This document shows positions 9,962 through 21,200 of a DNA stretch of 35,219 bases, piece after piece. Position 1 is the stretch's first letter. Each line of letters begins with the position of its first letter. The stretch covers positions 1-35,219 of the forward strand of contig JAJDBI010000105.1 of assembly GCA_029261435.1 (NCBI GenBank). The letters run 5' to 3'. The notes beneath the pieces were generated by a model. It ran no database searches and was not told where the DNA came from. It saw nothing but the letters and a program-made list of their open reading frames with translations. The stretch comes from Nitrospinaceae bacterium. GTDB lineage: Bacteria > Nitrospinota > Nitrospinia > Nitrospinales > VA-1. Made by a program: the position numbers and the translations under genes.

Positions 9962-11155
9962 ATGAAGTACTTGGTAATTATCGTGGCAGGGCTGACAGAT
10001 AAGCCTTTCGCGGAAAAAGATAATAAAACCCCGTTGCAGTTGGCCGACACCCCTAACCTGGATGCCCTGACTAAAAACGCAACCTGTGGTCCCGTCCAAA
10101 CTATTCCCGATGATTTACATCCAGGAAATGAAGTTTCCTGTCTTGGACTTCTGGGTCTTGATCCGCAAAAATATTCTTCCGGTCATGCCGCACTTTCTGC
10201 AATGGGATTGGGAATAAAGCCCGAGCCGGATGAGATCGCGCTCTGCTGCGACCTGATAACCCTGCAACCCACGCATGACGATATGGTCATGAAGGATTAC
10301 ACGGGCGGACATCTTTCCCATGATGATTCAGGGCTTCTCATTGATGCCCTTAACGAACAAGTGATCGATGCTCCGGTTAAGTTTCATCACGGTGGTGGTT
10401 ATCACAATTTGATGTTTATCAAAAGCTCACCGATTTCGGAAAGATTGTCTCCCCCGAATGAACTCATCGGCGAGGGAATCCGCCAGTTCATGCCAGAGAG
10501 TAACCCGGCACGCGAACTGGTCTTTGTGATGAATCAGGCGCAAATTATTTTGCACAACCATGCCTTCAACAGAAAACGAAATGCCAACAAAGAAGACCCG
10601 GTTAACAGCGTCTGGTTTTGGGGAAACGGAGAACTGCCCAGCCCCCCTTCCTTTCGAGAGCGGTATGATAAAAGCGCGTCTGTAATCACCGCTTCCTTGA
10701 TGGTCAAGGGAATCGGCAAACTCACCGGCATGGATGTCGTGGATGTAAAGGGTACAACCGGGTTTTCAGACACTGATTATTCTGCCAAAATCTCTGCCGT
10801 ACTCAAAGAACTGGAAAGCAAAGATGTGGTTTTCCTCCACATTTCAGCAGGCGAAGAAGCTTCACTCAAAGGCGATATTGACGATAAGGTTTTAATGATC
10901 GAAGACTTCGATAGCGAAGTCATTAAACCTCTGGCGCAGGCGATGGAGACAATGGAGAATGTGAAAATGATGGTGGTGGTCAACCATGTCAGTTCCGCCA
11001 TGTCGATGAAATACGAACGGTCTCCGGTTCCCTATCTGGTTTACCCTTCCGCATCAGGGAGCAGCGATCAATTCGATGAAAAACTTTTAGAAACCGGAAA
11101 ATCATTCGACAACGCTCCCGATCTTTTATCGGCTTTTTTAACAAACCAGTTATGA
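9962..11155 (+). CDS. ApgM-like (archaeal-type cofactor-independent phosphoglycerate mutase / proposed homoserine kinase family) protein, apparently catalytically degenerate
   Basis: Full-length resemblance to the family (MKYLVIIV.G..D.P, TPNLDAL, PG...V..L...G.DP, ...PVPY). The expected ligand and nucleophile motifs are substituted (see findings). The stop overlaps the lysC ATG (ATGA at 11152-11155). Confidence 0.65.
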   Translation: MKYLVIIVAGLTDKPFAEKDNKTPLQLADTPNLDALTKNATCGPVQTIPDDLHPGNEVSCLGLLGLDPQKYSSGHAALSAMGLGIKPEPDEIALCCDLITLQPTHDDMVMKDYTGGHLSHDDSGLLIDALNEQVIDAPVKFHHGGGYHNLMFIKSSPISERLSPPNELIGEGIRQFMPESNPARELVFVMNQAQIILHNHAFNRKRNANKEDPVNSVWFWGNGELPSPPSFRERYDKSASVITASLMVKGIGKLTGMDVVDVKGTTGFSDTDYSAKISAVLKELESKDVVFLHISAGEEASLKGDIDDKVLMIEDFDSEVIKPLAQAMETMENVKMMVVVNHVSSAMSMKYERSPVPYLVYPSASGSSDQFDEKLLETGKSFDNAPDLLSAFLTNQL

Positions 11156-12429
11156 GCAAATCTTTAATCGTACAAAAATATGGCGGCACTTCTGTAGGCA
11201 CTCTGGAGCGCATTGAGCATGTGGCAGACCGCATCGTCAAAGTCCGAAAGACCGGTGTCGATATCGTGGTCGTGGTTTCAGCCATGGCGGGAGAAACCGA
11301 TAAGTTATTGAAAATGGCCCGCAGCCTTTCTAAGAATCCAGAGAGGCGGGAAGTCGATATGCTCCTGTCATCCGGTGAACGCATCTCGGCCGCACTTTTG
11401 GCCCTTGCCCTGCAGTCCAGAGGTATTCCTGCACTATCCATGACCGGAAGGCAAATTGGTCTGCAGACCGACAGCACTCATACCCGGGCTCGCATCACAA
11501 GCATTGACGCTCAACGGGCGCGAAAAATGTTGAACGAAAATCATGTGATCGTGGTTGCTGGTTTCCAGGGTATCAATGAAGAAGGTGATGTGACCACTTT
11601 GGGCAGAGGCGGATCAGACACCTCAGCAGTCGCCCTGGCGGTCGCACTCGGTGCCCGGCAATGTGAAATTTATACCGATGTCGATGGAGTTTATACCACG
11701 GACCCCAGAATGGTGCCACAGGCCAAAAAGCTGGATGTGGTATCGTATGATGAAATGCTGGAAATGGCCAGTCTGGGAGCCAAAGTCCTGCAAATCCGTT
11801 GCGTGGAATTTGCCCATAAATACAAGATGCCCCTGATTGTTAAATCATCCTTCAAGGAGAAGGAAGGAGACAAGGGAACTTTGATCTGCGAGGAGGATCC
11901 AAAAATGGAACAACCGGTAGTTTCCGGAATCATGTGCGACAAAAACCAGGCAAAAATCACCCTGAAGGAAGTACCGGACCAACCGGGTATCGCTGCTAAT
12001 ATTTTTGAACCCCTGGCCGCCGCATCCATTTCCGTAGACATGATCATTCAGAATGTCAGTGAACAGGGTCATACCGACCTGTCATTCACCCTGGCAAGAG
12101 AAGAACTGGATGAGGCCATGGTCATCATGAACAAAGTCGGGAAAAAAATCCACGCCACTCAAGTCAGTGCCGATGCAAAAATTGCTAAAATTTCCATTGT
12201 CGGTGCGGGTATGCGCAGTCATTCAGGAGTAGCCGCACAAATCTTCAAAACCATGTCTGCTCATAAAGTTAATATATTAATGATCAGCACGTCAGAGATA
12301 AAAGTGTCCTGCATCATTGAGCAAAAAAATTCCAAACTTGCCGTCAACGCCTTACACGATGCATTTAAACTGGAAGGCAAAACAGCCAACAAGAAAACTG
12401 CAAAAAAAGTGAGTACTGTTAAAAAATGA
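11152..12429 (+). CDS. lysC: aspartate kinase (monofunctional, two C-terminal ACT domains)
   Basis: [40 protein letters not shown], followed by ACT repeats and a Lys-rich tail. ATGA overlaps at both ends. Confidence 0.93.
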   Translation: MSKSLIVQKYGGTSVGTLERIEHVADRIVKVRKTGVDIVVVVSAMAGETDKLLKMARSLSKNPERREVDMLLSSGERISAALLALALQSRGIPALSMTGRQIGLQTDSTHTRARITSIDAQRARKMLNENHVIVVAGFQGINEEGDVTTLGRGGSDTSAVALAVALGARQCEIYTDVDGVYTTDPRMVPQAKKLDVVSYDEMLEMASLGAKVLQIRCVEFAHKYKMPLIVKSSFKEKEGDKGTLICEEDPKMEQPVVSGIMCDKNQAKITLKEVPDQPGIAANIFEPLAAASISVDMIIQNVSEQGHTDLSFTLAREELDEAMVIMNKVGKKIHATQVSADAKIAKISIVGAGMRSHSGVAAQIFKTMSAHKVNILMISTSEIKVSCIIEQKNSKLAVNALHDAFKLEGKTANKKTAKKVSTVKK

Positions 12430-13994
12430 GTTCTGTGAAAATTTATGACACCACCCTTAGAGACGGATCCCAGGCCGAGGGAATTTCCTTCACGGTCGAG
12501 GATAAAATCCGTATCGCCCACAAACTGGACGAGCTAGGGGCACATTATGTTGAAGGAGGCTGGCCGGGATCGAACCCAAGGGATATCGATTTTTTTGAGA
12601 AGGCTAACCGCGCCAGTTTTTCCCAGACTCGGATCACCGCCTTTGGAAGTACCCGTTACCCGGACAAGAAGGTGGAAGACGATATGGTTCTGCAGGCCCT
12701 GTTAAAAACTGAAACCCAGGTCGTGACCCTGTTCGGGAAAACCTGGGATCTGCATGTGAAAGACGCTTTAGGCACCAGCCTCGATGAAAACCTGCGCATG
12801 ATCTTTGAAAGCATCACCTACATGAAAAAACATCGCGATGAGGTTCTTTTCGATTGCGAGCATTTTTTTGATGGTTTTAAAAATAATCCAGACTACGCCC
12901 TCAAGGCGATCAAAGAGGCCGAGTCCGCAGGTGCCGATTGGATCATTCTATGCGACACCAACGGAGGCACACTTCCGCACGAGGTGCGTTCGATTTTCGA
13001 AGAAGTAAGAAAATCCATGACCGTTAAAATGGGGATCCATGCCCACAACGATTCAGAAGTAGCCGTTGCCAATTCTCTCACCGCTGTTCAAGCCGGAGCC
13101 GAACAGGTACAGGGAACCATCAATGGAATCGGCGAACGCTGTGGAAACGCCAATCTGGTTTCCATCATCGCCAACTTGAAAACCAAAATGGGCATCGACT
13201 GTATGACCAGCGGGCAATTACAGTCCTTAAAGGATGTATCAGCCTTTGTGGATGAGTTGGCCAATCGAGCACACTGGAACCAACAACCGTTTGTAGGGAA
13301 AAGTGCGTTTGCTCATAAAGGCGGAGTGCATGTCAACGCGGTGCGAAAAAATGCGTTGACCTATGAGCACATCGTGCCTGAGAAAGTGGGCAACCATCAG
13401 CGTATTTTGGTTTCCGACCTTTCGGGAAAAAGCAATGTGCTCCACAAGGCCAAGGAATACGGCATCGACATTGACGACAAGGACCCAAAAGTAGCAAAAA
13501 TTCTCAATTCCCTTAAAGAATCCGAGAACCTGGGTTTTCAATATGAAGGCGCCGAAGCTTCTTTTGAACTGATGATGAGGGATGCACTCGGCCAAAAGGA
13601 ATTATTTTTCGAATTTATCGGGTTCCGTGTCATCGTTGAAAAACGCAAGGAAGATGAAGAACCCATTTCTGAAGCCACGGTCAAGTTGCGCGTTAACGGC
13701 GTGCAAGAAGTTTCTGCCGCCGAAGGTACAGGCCCGATCAATGCTCTCGACAAGGCGATCAAAAAAGCTCTTGTGAAATTTTACCCTGAACTCCAAGAGG
13801 TTAATCTCTACGACTACAAAGTCCGAATCCTTGATGAACAGAAGGGCACCCGCGCCAAAACCCGGGTACTGGTGGAATCCGGTGACCATAAATCAAAATG
13901 GGGAACGGTGGGAGTCTCCGAAAATATCATCGAAGCCAGTTGGCAGGCTTTGATCGACAGCATTGACTACAAACTCAATCAGACCGCAAAGTAG
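12426..13994 (+). CDS. cimA: (R)-citramalate synthase (LeuA/CimA family, long form with C-terminal regulatory domain)
   Basis: [63 protein letters not shown]. 522 aa, the CimA-type N-terminus and length rather than LeuA. Confidence 0.8.
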   Translation: MSSVKIYDTTLRDGSQAEGISFTVEDKIRIAHKLDELGAHYVEGGWPGSNPRDIDFFEKANRASFSQTRITAFGSTRYPDKKVEDDMVLQALLKTETQVVTLFGKTWDLHVKDALGTSLDENLRMIFESITYMKKHRDEVLFDCEHFFDGFKNNPDYALKAIKEAESAGADWIILCDTNGGTLPHEVRSIFEEVRKSMTVKMGIHAHNDSEVAVANSLTAVQAGAEQVQGTINGIGERCGNANLVSIIANLKTKMGIDCMTSGQLQSLKDVSAFVDELANRAHWNQQPFVGKSAFAHKGGVHVNAVRKNALTYEHIVPEKVGNHQRILVSDLSGKSNVLHKAKEYGIDIDDKDPKVAKILNSLKESENLGFQYEGAEASFELMMRDALGQKELFFEFIGFRVIVEKRKEDEEPISEATVKLRVNGVQEVSAAEGTGPINALDKAIKKALVKFYPELQEVNLYDYKVRILDEQKGTRAKTRVLVESGDHKSKWGTVGVSENIIEASWQALIDSIDYKLNQTAK

Positions 13995-13996
13995 AA

Positions 13997-14773
13997 TTAA
14001 ATTGCATTCAGGTAAACAGCGAGGTTGATTTTACGATCCTCCAGGTTTAATTTTTTCCTGATATTTTTCCTGTGAGTTTCCACTGTTTTGATAGAAACTC
14101 CAAAAATACTGGCTATTTCTTTGCTGGAAAAACCTGAACGTACCATATTACAGACTTCGATTTCTTTGCCAGATAATCTATCAGGCAAAATAGATATTTT
14201 CAGATCAAATTGAGATGCGATCTGGCTTATATTTTTTTCCAATAAATCAAAACCCGGTAGATCAGCATCTCTTGACTTATTCCTGAGCCTTTTTATTAAA
14301 GGAAATAAAAGTTTTTCTATATTAAAAGCAATCGACTCTTTTACCTTCTGATTTTCAATTTCAACCTGCCCCATAAGCTCTCTGAGAGCAATATTCTTTT
14401 CCCTTAACAATTCCTTTGTCAGCATCAATTCTTCCCGGCACTGCTCCAACTCTTCCCTCAATTGATGCCGCTCAGAGCAATCCACTATGAAAATTTCTAA
14501 AGTCTCTTCCGTTTTCTTTTCACTCCTGGTTTGAACAACACGAAAATCAATGAATTTAGACCCGGGAGGGTGATTATTAACTTTTACTTTGAGTATGCTT
14601 TCAACCGGTTTGAGATTTTTAACGAATTGCAAAGCCTTCCTGTTCCCGGTCGGATCAATGAAACCACGAAAGTCTTTTCCAATCAGATCCTTTTCGGCAA
14701 GCCCGAGTATCTTTCCGGCCTTGGAATTTGCCTCCAAAATCATTCCTTTTAAACTTGCTTTAATATAGCCCAT
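13997..14773 (-). CDS. PAS-like / coiled-coil / LuxR-type HTH transcriptional regulator
   Basis: C-terminal LuxR/FixJ HTH (LSGKEIEVCNMVRSGFSSKEIASIFGVSIKTVETHRKNIRKKL), a central heptad-rich region, and an N-terminal PAS-like fold starting at residue 2. An in-frame stop lies 7 codons upstream of the ATG. Confidence 0.8.
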   Translation of the reverse strand: MGYIKASLKGMILEANSKAGKILGLAEKDLIGKDFRGFIDPTGNRKALQFVKNLKPVESILKVKVNNHPPGSKFIDFRVVQTRSEKKTEETLEIFIVDCSERHQLREELEQCREELMLTKELLREKNIALRELMGQVEIENQKVKESIAFNIEKLLFPLIKRLRNKSRDADLPGFDLLEKNISQIASQFDLKISILPDRLSGKEIEVCNMVRSGFSSKEIASIFGVSIKTVETHRKNIRKKLNLEDRKINLAVYLNAI

Positions 14774-15368
14774 ACGGAAATTTATCCATGGTCAAATATC
14801 ACACTTCATACTTATTACATTTACCGTGAAGCCTGACTCTAGTCCTTGTAATTCTTTTGTCACTTAAAAAAAATAAGTACCATTTTATAATTTCAGTTTC
14901 AGAAAAGCTTTTAATCTCCTCGGGCATTATAGAACATTGATTCATTTATTTAAGTATTTCTTAAAAAATTATTTGCAATATTAAATAGGGAAAAATCAAC
15001 AAGTATTCACACACTTGATTAGTACAGATTTATTGATAAATAACTTACCTAATATATTTTTTAATTTAAAGTTAATAATTTATTTTTTCAAGTAAACCCT
15101 ATTTTACATACCCATTCAATACCTGATTTACTTCCGTTGCCCTGCTCAAACATTAATATATACTTTCAATCATAATGTAATCAAAAACTTGTCCACCATT
15201 GCTTTACATATCAAATGCCGGCCCATTTTTATACCTTATCCGATATCAATTTGGGTAAATTTCAAACAGGACTTTCCCGCATTACATATAGAAAGCATAT
15301 CAGGCGATTATTTTTGAACAGGTAAGCAGTTATTAATCTCACTGTAATACTTCGTAGGAGACTCAGTA
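14774..15368. promoter_or_regulatory. 595-bp extremely AT-rich divergent intergenic region (LuxR-type regulator <-> chemoreceptor)
   Basis: No ORF of 60 aa or more on any frame. Hand counts of lines 15001 and 15061 give 13/60 and 11/60 G+C. It must hold both divergent promoters. Confidence 0.6.
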
Positions 15369-18134
15369 ATGTTTAATTGGTTCAATAGATTAAAAATCAT
15401 CAGTAAAATTCAAATTGGATTTACGGCTGTGGCCATCATCTTGGTCGGTATCGTCAGCATCACCATCTGGCAAACCAAGAGCGTGAAATCTACTTCCGAC
15501 CGGGTGGTTGATCTCAGGGTTCCTACAGCCCAATCGAGTTTGGAAATGTTAAATGGAATCAACCATTCACTGGCAGCGCTTCGAGGCTGGATGATTCTCG
15601 GCAAGGACAAGTTTAAAGTTGAGCGCGAAAAATCCTGGAATGAAGAGATCACTCCCGCTCTCAACACCATGCAGGAGTTTGCGAAAAATTGGACCAACCC
15701 AAAAAATGTCGAACGGCTGGAAATTGCTCGAACCAAGCTGTCAGAGTTCAAACAGTTTCAAAAAGAAATCGAAGACATCGCCAACAGCAAGGATAATCTC
15801 CCTGCAAGTAAAATACTATTGGACGAAGCAGCTCCGCAGGCAACCATCCTGATGAGCACTATCACTCAGATTATCAATACCGAAGGAACTTTACCAGCAA
15901 CTCCACAACGAAAAGCCCTGCTCGCCATGATGGCAGATGTACGCGGAACCACCGCAAGGTCTCTGGCAAATATTCGCGCCTACCTGCTTTCGGGAAATCC
16001 GATTTTCAAAGATCGGTTTGACACCATGTGGACCAAAAATATCAAACGTTTCGGCGACTTGACCGACAACCAGTCGCTGTTAACTCCTAAACAACTGGAA
16101 CTATTTAAAGAATTCACTGCTGCACGTACTAAATTCGCACCACTGACTGCAAAAATGTTTGAAATTCGTGGCGGTGAAGAATGGAATATGGCTAACCGTT
16201 GGCTCGGAACCAAAGCCGCGCCCACTGCTTTTGCTATCAAAACTCAAATCGATGCCATGGCCAAGGACCAGAAACAGTTATTGGAGACTGATATGAAGGA
16301 ATCCAAGGACCGTTCCGACTCTCTGGTCACTACACTTTGGATTCTACTTGTAGTCGGTCTAGTGCTAACCGGCCTGTTCACCAAAATAATCGTTGCCGCA
16401 GTTAAAAAACCCATTGAAGATGCTGCGCGCGTTCAGGCTATTGTGGAAAACGCTCCTATCAATATCATGTTTGCAGATACTCAGGATTTCAATGTCCAAT
16501 ATATGAATCCTGCTTCTTTAAAAACTTTAAAGTCCATAGAACAATACCTTCCTGTTAAGGCTGATGATGTTATCGGCAAATCCATTGACGTCTTTCATAA
16601 AAACCCACAGCATCAAAGGAATTTATTATCCGACCCCAATAACCTGCCTTACCATACCCAATTCACTTTAGGACCCGAGACATTGGATTTGGAAGCAGCC
16701 GCCATACTCGATACAGAGGGGAATTATATTGGCGCCATGGTCAGCTGGACTATTGTTACTCAGGAGCTAGCTTTGAAAAAACGTTCTCAACAACTTGCAG
16801 GTTATGTCGAGAACAATCCGAGCAACATGATGGCAGCGAATACTGATTTAATCATTCGCTACATGAACCCGGCATCCGTAAAGACACTCAAAACGCTTGA
16901 GCAGCACTTGCCGGTTAAGGTGGATGATATGATAGGCCAATCGGTAGACATCTTTCATAAAAACCCGGAACTTCAAAGAAAGATTCTGTCTGATCCCAAA
17001 AACCTGCCACATACCGCTTTAATTCATGTTGGTCCGGAAATTCTGGAACTGATTGTTTCCGCCAACCTTGACCCTGACGGTACCTATTTTGGGCCCATGG
17101 TGGCCTGGGGCATTGTTACCGAGCGGATCAATAATGAAACTGCTGCCAGGGAGTCAACGGAACGCGAACTGAAAGTCGCACAGGTTCTGCAGGAGAAAGT
17201 GGACTCAATGTTACAGGTGGTGGAAGCCGCGTCTGAGGGTGACTTGACCAAACCTGTCACTGTAAATGGCTCTGATGCAATCGGGCAGATGGGTGCCGGA
17301 CTTTCAAAGTTTCTGACAAACCTTAAAACCAATATTTCTCAAATTGGCAATAACGCCAATACCCTTGGAGATTCTTCAGGAGGTTTGACTGATGTCAGCC
17401 AGCTCATGGCAGGCAATGCTGAAGAGACATCCAATCAGGCCAATGTAGTATCAGCGGCTTCAGAAGAAGTCAGTAAAAACGTGCAAACCGTTGCAACGGG
17501 TATAGAAGAAATGACAGCAAGCATAAATGAGATTGCCCAGAACGCGAACGAGGCAGCTCGAGTTACACAGGAAGCGGTTGAGGCGGCAGAAAAAACCAAT
17601 GCCACCGTTGTGAAACTTGGTGAAAGCTCGATAGAAATCGGAGAAGTCATCAAGGTCATCACTTCCATTGCCGAGCAAACCAATCTACTTGCTCTCAACG
17701 CCACCATTGAGGCGGCACGCGCAGGTGAAGCGGGAAAAGGTTTTGCGGTTGTTGCTAATGAAGTCAAGGAACTTGCCAATCAAACCGGTAAAGCCACCGA
17801 GGATATCAGCAGAAAGATCCAAGCCATTCAGGTGGACTCAAAAAGCTCGGAAGAAGCGATTCAAAATATCAGTTCAATCATTAATCGTATTAATGATATT
17901 TCGAGCACCATAGCCAGTGCCGTGGAAGAACAAACTGCAACCACCAATGAAATCGGCAGAAACATCGCCGAAGCCGCAACGGGCACACAGGAAATTGCTC
18001 AAAATATCACCGGTGTTGCGACTGCGGCCCAAAGCACTTCACAGGGTGCAACGGACACTCAGACCTCCGCACAGGAAATGTCTGCAATTTCAAGCGAATT
18101 GAAGGAGCTGGTTGGCTTGTTCAAAACTGTATAG
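15369..18134 (+). CDS. methyl-accepting chemotaxis protein: large helical periplasmic sensor, two tandem PAS domains, MCP signalling domain
   Basis: TM1 at about aa 17-34 and TM2 at about aa 321-343. PAS1 at about aa 355-466 and PAS2 at about aa 476-586. Highly conserved MCP hairpin ([35 protein letters not shown]). AGGAG lies 8 nt upstream of the ATG. Confidence 0.9.
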   Translation: MFNWFNRLKIISKIQIGFTAVAIILVGIVSITIWQTKSVKSTSDRVVDLRVPTAQSSLEMLNGINHSLAALRGWMILGKDKFKVEREKSWNEEITPALNTMQEFAKNWTNPKNVERLEIARTKLSEFKQFQKEIEDIANSKDNLPASKILLDEAAPQATILMSTITQIINTEGTLPATPQRKALLAMMADVRGTTARSLANIRAYLLSGNPIFKDRFDTMWTKNIKRFGDLTDNQSLLTPKQLELFKEFTAARTKFAPLTAKMFEIRGGEEWNMANRWLGTKAAPTAFAIKTQIDAMAKDQKQLLETDMKESKDRSDSLVTTLWILLVVGLVLTGLFTKIIVAAVKKPIEDAARVQAIVENAPINIMFADTQDFNVQYMNPASLKTLKSIEQYLPVKADDVIGKSIDVFHKNPQHQRNLLSDPNNLPYHTQFTLGPETLDLEAAAILDTEGNYIGAMVSWTIVTQELALKKRSQQLAGYVENNPSNMMAANTDLIIRYMNPASVKTLKTLEQHLPVKVDDMIGQSVDIFHKNPELQRKILSDPKNLPHTALIHVGPEILELIVSANLDPDGTYFGPMVAWGIVTERINNETAARESTERELKVAQVLQEKVDSMLQVVEAASEGDLTKPVTVNGSDAIGQMGAGLSKFLTNLKTNISQIGNNANTLGDSSGGLTDVSQLMAGNAEETSNQANVVSAASEEVSKNVQTVATGIEEMTASINEIAQNANEAARVTQEAVEAAEKTNATVVKLGESSIEIGEVIKVITSIAEQTNLLALNATIEAARAGEAGKGFAVVANEVKELANQTGKATEDISRKIQAIQVDSKSSEEAIQNISSIINRINDISSTIASAVEEQTATTNEIGRNIAEAATGTQEIAQNITGVATAAQSTSQGATDTQTSAQEMSAISSELKELVGLFKTV
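16431..17126 (+). repeat. intragenic tandem duplication encoding the two PAS domains of the chemoreceptor
   Basis: The units are offset by 120 codons. Protein blocks are shared (YMNPAS.KTLK..EQ.LPVK.DD.IG.S.D.FHKNP..QR..LSDP.NLP). DNA strings are also shared, for example ctttcataaaaaccc in both copies. Confidence 0.85.
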
Positions 18135-18138
18135 ACTA

Positions 18139-18162
18139 TACGGCCCCTTAACAGGGGCCGTA
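18139..18162. terminator. GC-rich hairpin between the convergent chemoreceptor and glnE genes
   Basis: tacggcccct-taac-aggggccgta, a perfect 10-bp stem with a 4-nt loop, 5 nt after the MCP stop. There is no clear U-tract on either strand, so its role as an intrinsic terminator is uncertain. Confidence 0.5.
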
Positions 18163-18229
18163 ACTGAGCTTATGCTTTTAAAACCGAAAATAGCCGTTGC
18201 CACACAAAACAAATCAATGCACAGCGTAG

Positions 18230-21200
18230 TTAGTGGGCTCTGAGGAGGCTGCCGATGGTTTTGCGATAATGTTTGCGAACCCGCTGAGTATGGAGGTCAT
18301 AATCAGCGAGCAAGGCATCTGCCAAAGTATCAGCATCTTCACCTTCGTATCCGAGTAAGCGAGCAACAGGTGCCAGCTCTTTATTCTCTTTTGGAAGATT
18401 ATTCGTCGGAGCCTGGCGGATGATTCGTAATACACATTCCAGGTTTCTCAGGAAAAGATAACTACCCTGAAGATCTTCGGCCATACCCTGGTCGACCAAA
18501 CCAAGTGCGACAAAATTTTGTAGTGCTGAAATTGTGTTGGTTTCTCGAAGGCGCGAAAATTTTTTTCCGTGCATTAATTGAAGAATCTGCACCGCAAATT
18601 CTATATCTGCCAGACCTCCGAATCCCAGTTTTACATTCTTCCCTTTAGTAGTTTCCTTTGCCAGTTCCTGCTCCATTCTTTCCCGAAGTCGTGATACCTC
18701 TATGAGAGCTCCATATTCAAACTTGTCCTGATAAACAAACTTTTGGGATGACTCTATGAATTTTTTTCCGACCTCGGCATTACCTGCCACAGCCCGTGCT
18801 CGCACCAGAGATTGCTGTTCCCAGATTCTGGCACGAGAATCAAAGTATTTCTCATATCCCTCGACAGAAAGAACCAGCACTCCGGCATCACCCTCGGGCC
18901 TGAGTTCGGTATCAATTTTGTATGCATACCCGGCAGAAGTTATTTCAGATGTCAGCTTGTAAATCAGCTGCGACAAAGCCGAGTAATAGGCGGCAAAACC
19001 CTCAGGAGGAGAATCGCATTTCCCTTCATCGTAGACGAGCAGTACATCGAGATCCGATCCAAAGTTCAACTCACGCCCACCCTGTTTACCCATGCCAATG
19101 ATACAAAAATTGCGGAGGTTACCGTTGCTTGATTTTTTTTCTAACTCTTCACAAGCGATTCGATAGACCGTTTCCAAAAAAACATCAGCGAGATTGGAAA
19201 GGTCTTCCAGAGTTCCTGCAAGGTCAGCTTCCTTGATCAGGTAGCGCACCCCAATGCGAAGTTCTTCGGCCTGTTTGATACGCCTGAGAACCGTGGATTT
19301 GGAATCAAAATCCGTAGATTTTTTTAAAGCCCGGTCAAAATCTTCCTGTATTTTATCTGCTTGCTTATAACGGTAAACACTATCCATGTCCGTCAGCACA
19401 TCTACCAGATCGGGTCGCCGGATCAGGATTTGCGACAACATTCCACTGCTTCCAAAAAGTATTAACAACAACTCAAGAAATTTTTCATTCTCCTGAAATA
19501 AATTAAGAAAAGACTCTCTGGCTCCAGTCGCTTCGACAAACCGGCACAGATTATCAATTGCCGAGTCTGGCCGAGGGACCTTCCCGCACTGCTGAAATAT
19601 TTTAGGAATGATGCTGTAAAATTCCTGAATGCTTTGCACGGAAGGATGCGAAAACAGGGCTCCATCACGCAGAGATTCGAGAAACCGGTAAGCTCTTTTT
19701 GGATCGGAAAGCAGAGGAATCTCCGCTATTCTGCTTTCAGTAAACTGTTCTTCTCCTACCCGTGACCGATCCCATTCGCGGGAAATTGTTTCCGCCGCCT
19801 CCCGTTTTTCTTTTTCAACAAATTGTTCAGCAAACATTTTTCCCACAAATTGGGTGTGACTTTCATATTCGCTCATCAGGTTATCAGCCAGGCTTTTCTG
19901 ACTGTCACCCGAGATTCTCATTTTTCGGGCCAGCACGGCCAAGTCTGTTTCGTTATCCGGCAAAAGGTAGGTTTGCAGACCGAAGGTAATCTGCACTCGG
20001 TTTTCCAGGTTGCGTAGAAAAATGTACGCCTCGCGAAGGCGGTCATGCCCTTCCTCTGTCAGAATATTTTTTTCGTAAAGTGTTTTCATAGCTCCCAGTG
20101 AATCGCGAACACGCAGGGTTTTATCCCTTCCACCCAGAAGCAATTGATAGGCTTGAACGAAGAACTCCACTTCGCGAATACCTCCGAATCCCAGCTTTAT
20201 ATTTCCCTTCGAATGTTTTCCTTTGAGACTTTTATTGATTTTGTGCTTCATGGACTTTATTTCTTCGATAGCCTCAAAATCCAGACTCCGTCGGTAAATA
20301 AACGGTTCAATCATTTCGAAGAATTCCTTGCCCAGGTTTTCACTGCCCGCCGAAACACGGGCCTTGATGAGGGCCTGTCTTTCCCAGGTTCTTCCCCAGG
20401 ACTCATAATAAACTTCACAACTGACCAGAGAGTTCACAATCTCACCACTCTTTCCTTCTGGTCGAAGCTCAAGATCCACCCTGAACACATTACCTTCAGA
20501 AGTGATTTCGTTTAGGGACTTGGAAATTTCCAATGCCAGCTTGCTATAGTACTCATGATTAGAAATACTGCGAATTGAGGCATCGCCTTCATCTGCCGGA
20601 CGGGTTTCTCCCTGACTGGAAGTATAAATATATATCAGGTCTATGTCGGAACTGTAATTGAGTTCACAGCCTCCCAGTTTGCCCATACCCAGAATGGCAA
20701 ATTCCGACTCCTTCCAGTTCTCATCTGCATCCTGATAAAAGGGGGTTCCATACTTCTTTCGTAACTCCCGGTCTGCATGCTCATAGGCTGCTTGCAGGCA
20801 AACATCGGCGAGGTTGGAAATATCTTCAACCGTTTCCTGAAATTCAACTTTGCCCAACAGGTCCCGCAATCCAATTCGCACATATTCTCTTTTCTTAAAT
20901 TTTCTCAGGGCAGAAAAAATATTTTTACTTTGAAACTCGTCTCCCGCCATTTCATAAAAATCCCGCATCAACATATCTTTTGATTTGGAATTCTCCAGAG
21001 TCTCCGGTTGGTTCAACCAGTCTACGTAGGAAGGTTCTCTCAGCAACACATCAGAGAGTATCTGGCTGCCCGAAAACAAAAATACCAGGGCCTGAAACAA
21101 GGAGGGCGATTCAATCAGTTGAGTGTATAAATAATCCTTATCAGAAATTTTCTCTGAAAAACGCTCGAAGTTATGCAGGGCCATATCCGCGTTATGTGAA

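Noticed and set aside
10989-11477. 162-aa minus-strand ORF across the ApgM-like/lysC junction
   Set aside because: It lies antisense to two tightly coupled conserved genes. The product is Arg/Ser/Cys-rich with no motif. It is most likely chance.
15303-15310. GGCGATTA (and CCGATATC at about 15240) resembling the sigma-28 -10 box GCCGATAA upstream of the chemoreceptor
   Set aside because: No TAAA-type -35 element occurs at the required spacing of about 15 nt, and each has two mismatches in the -10 box. This is not supportable by eye.
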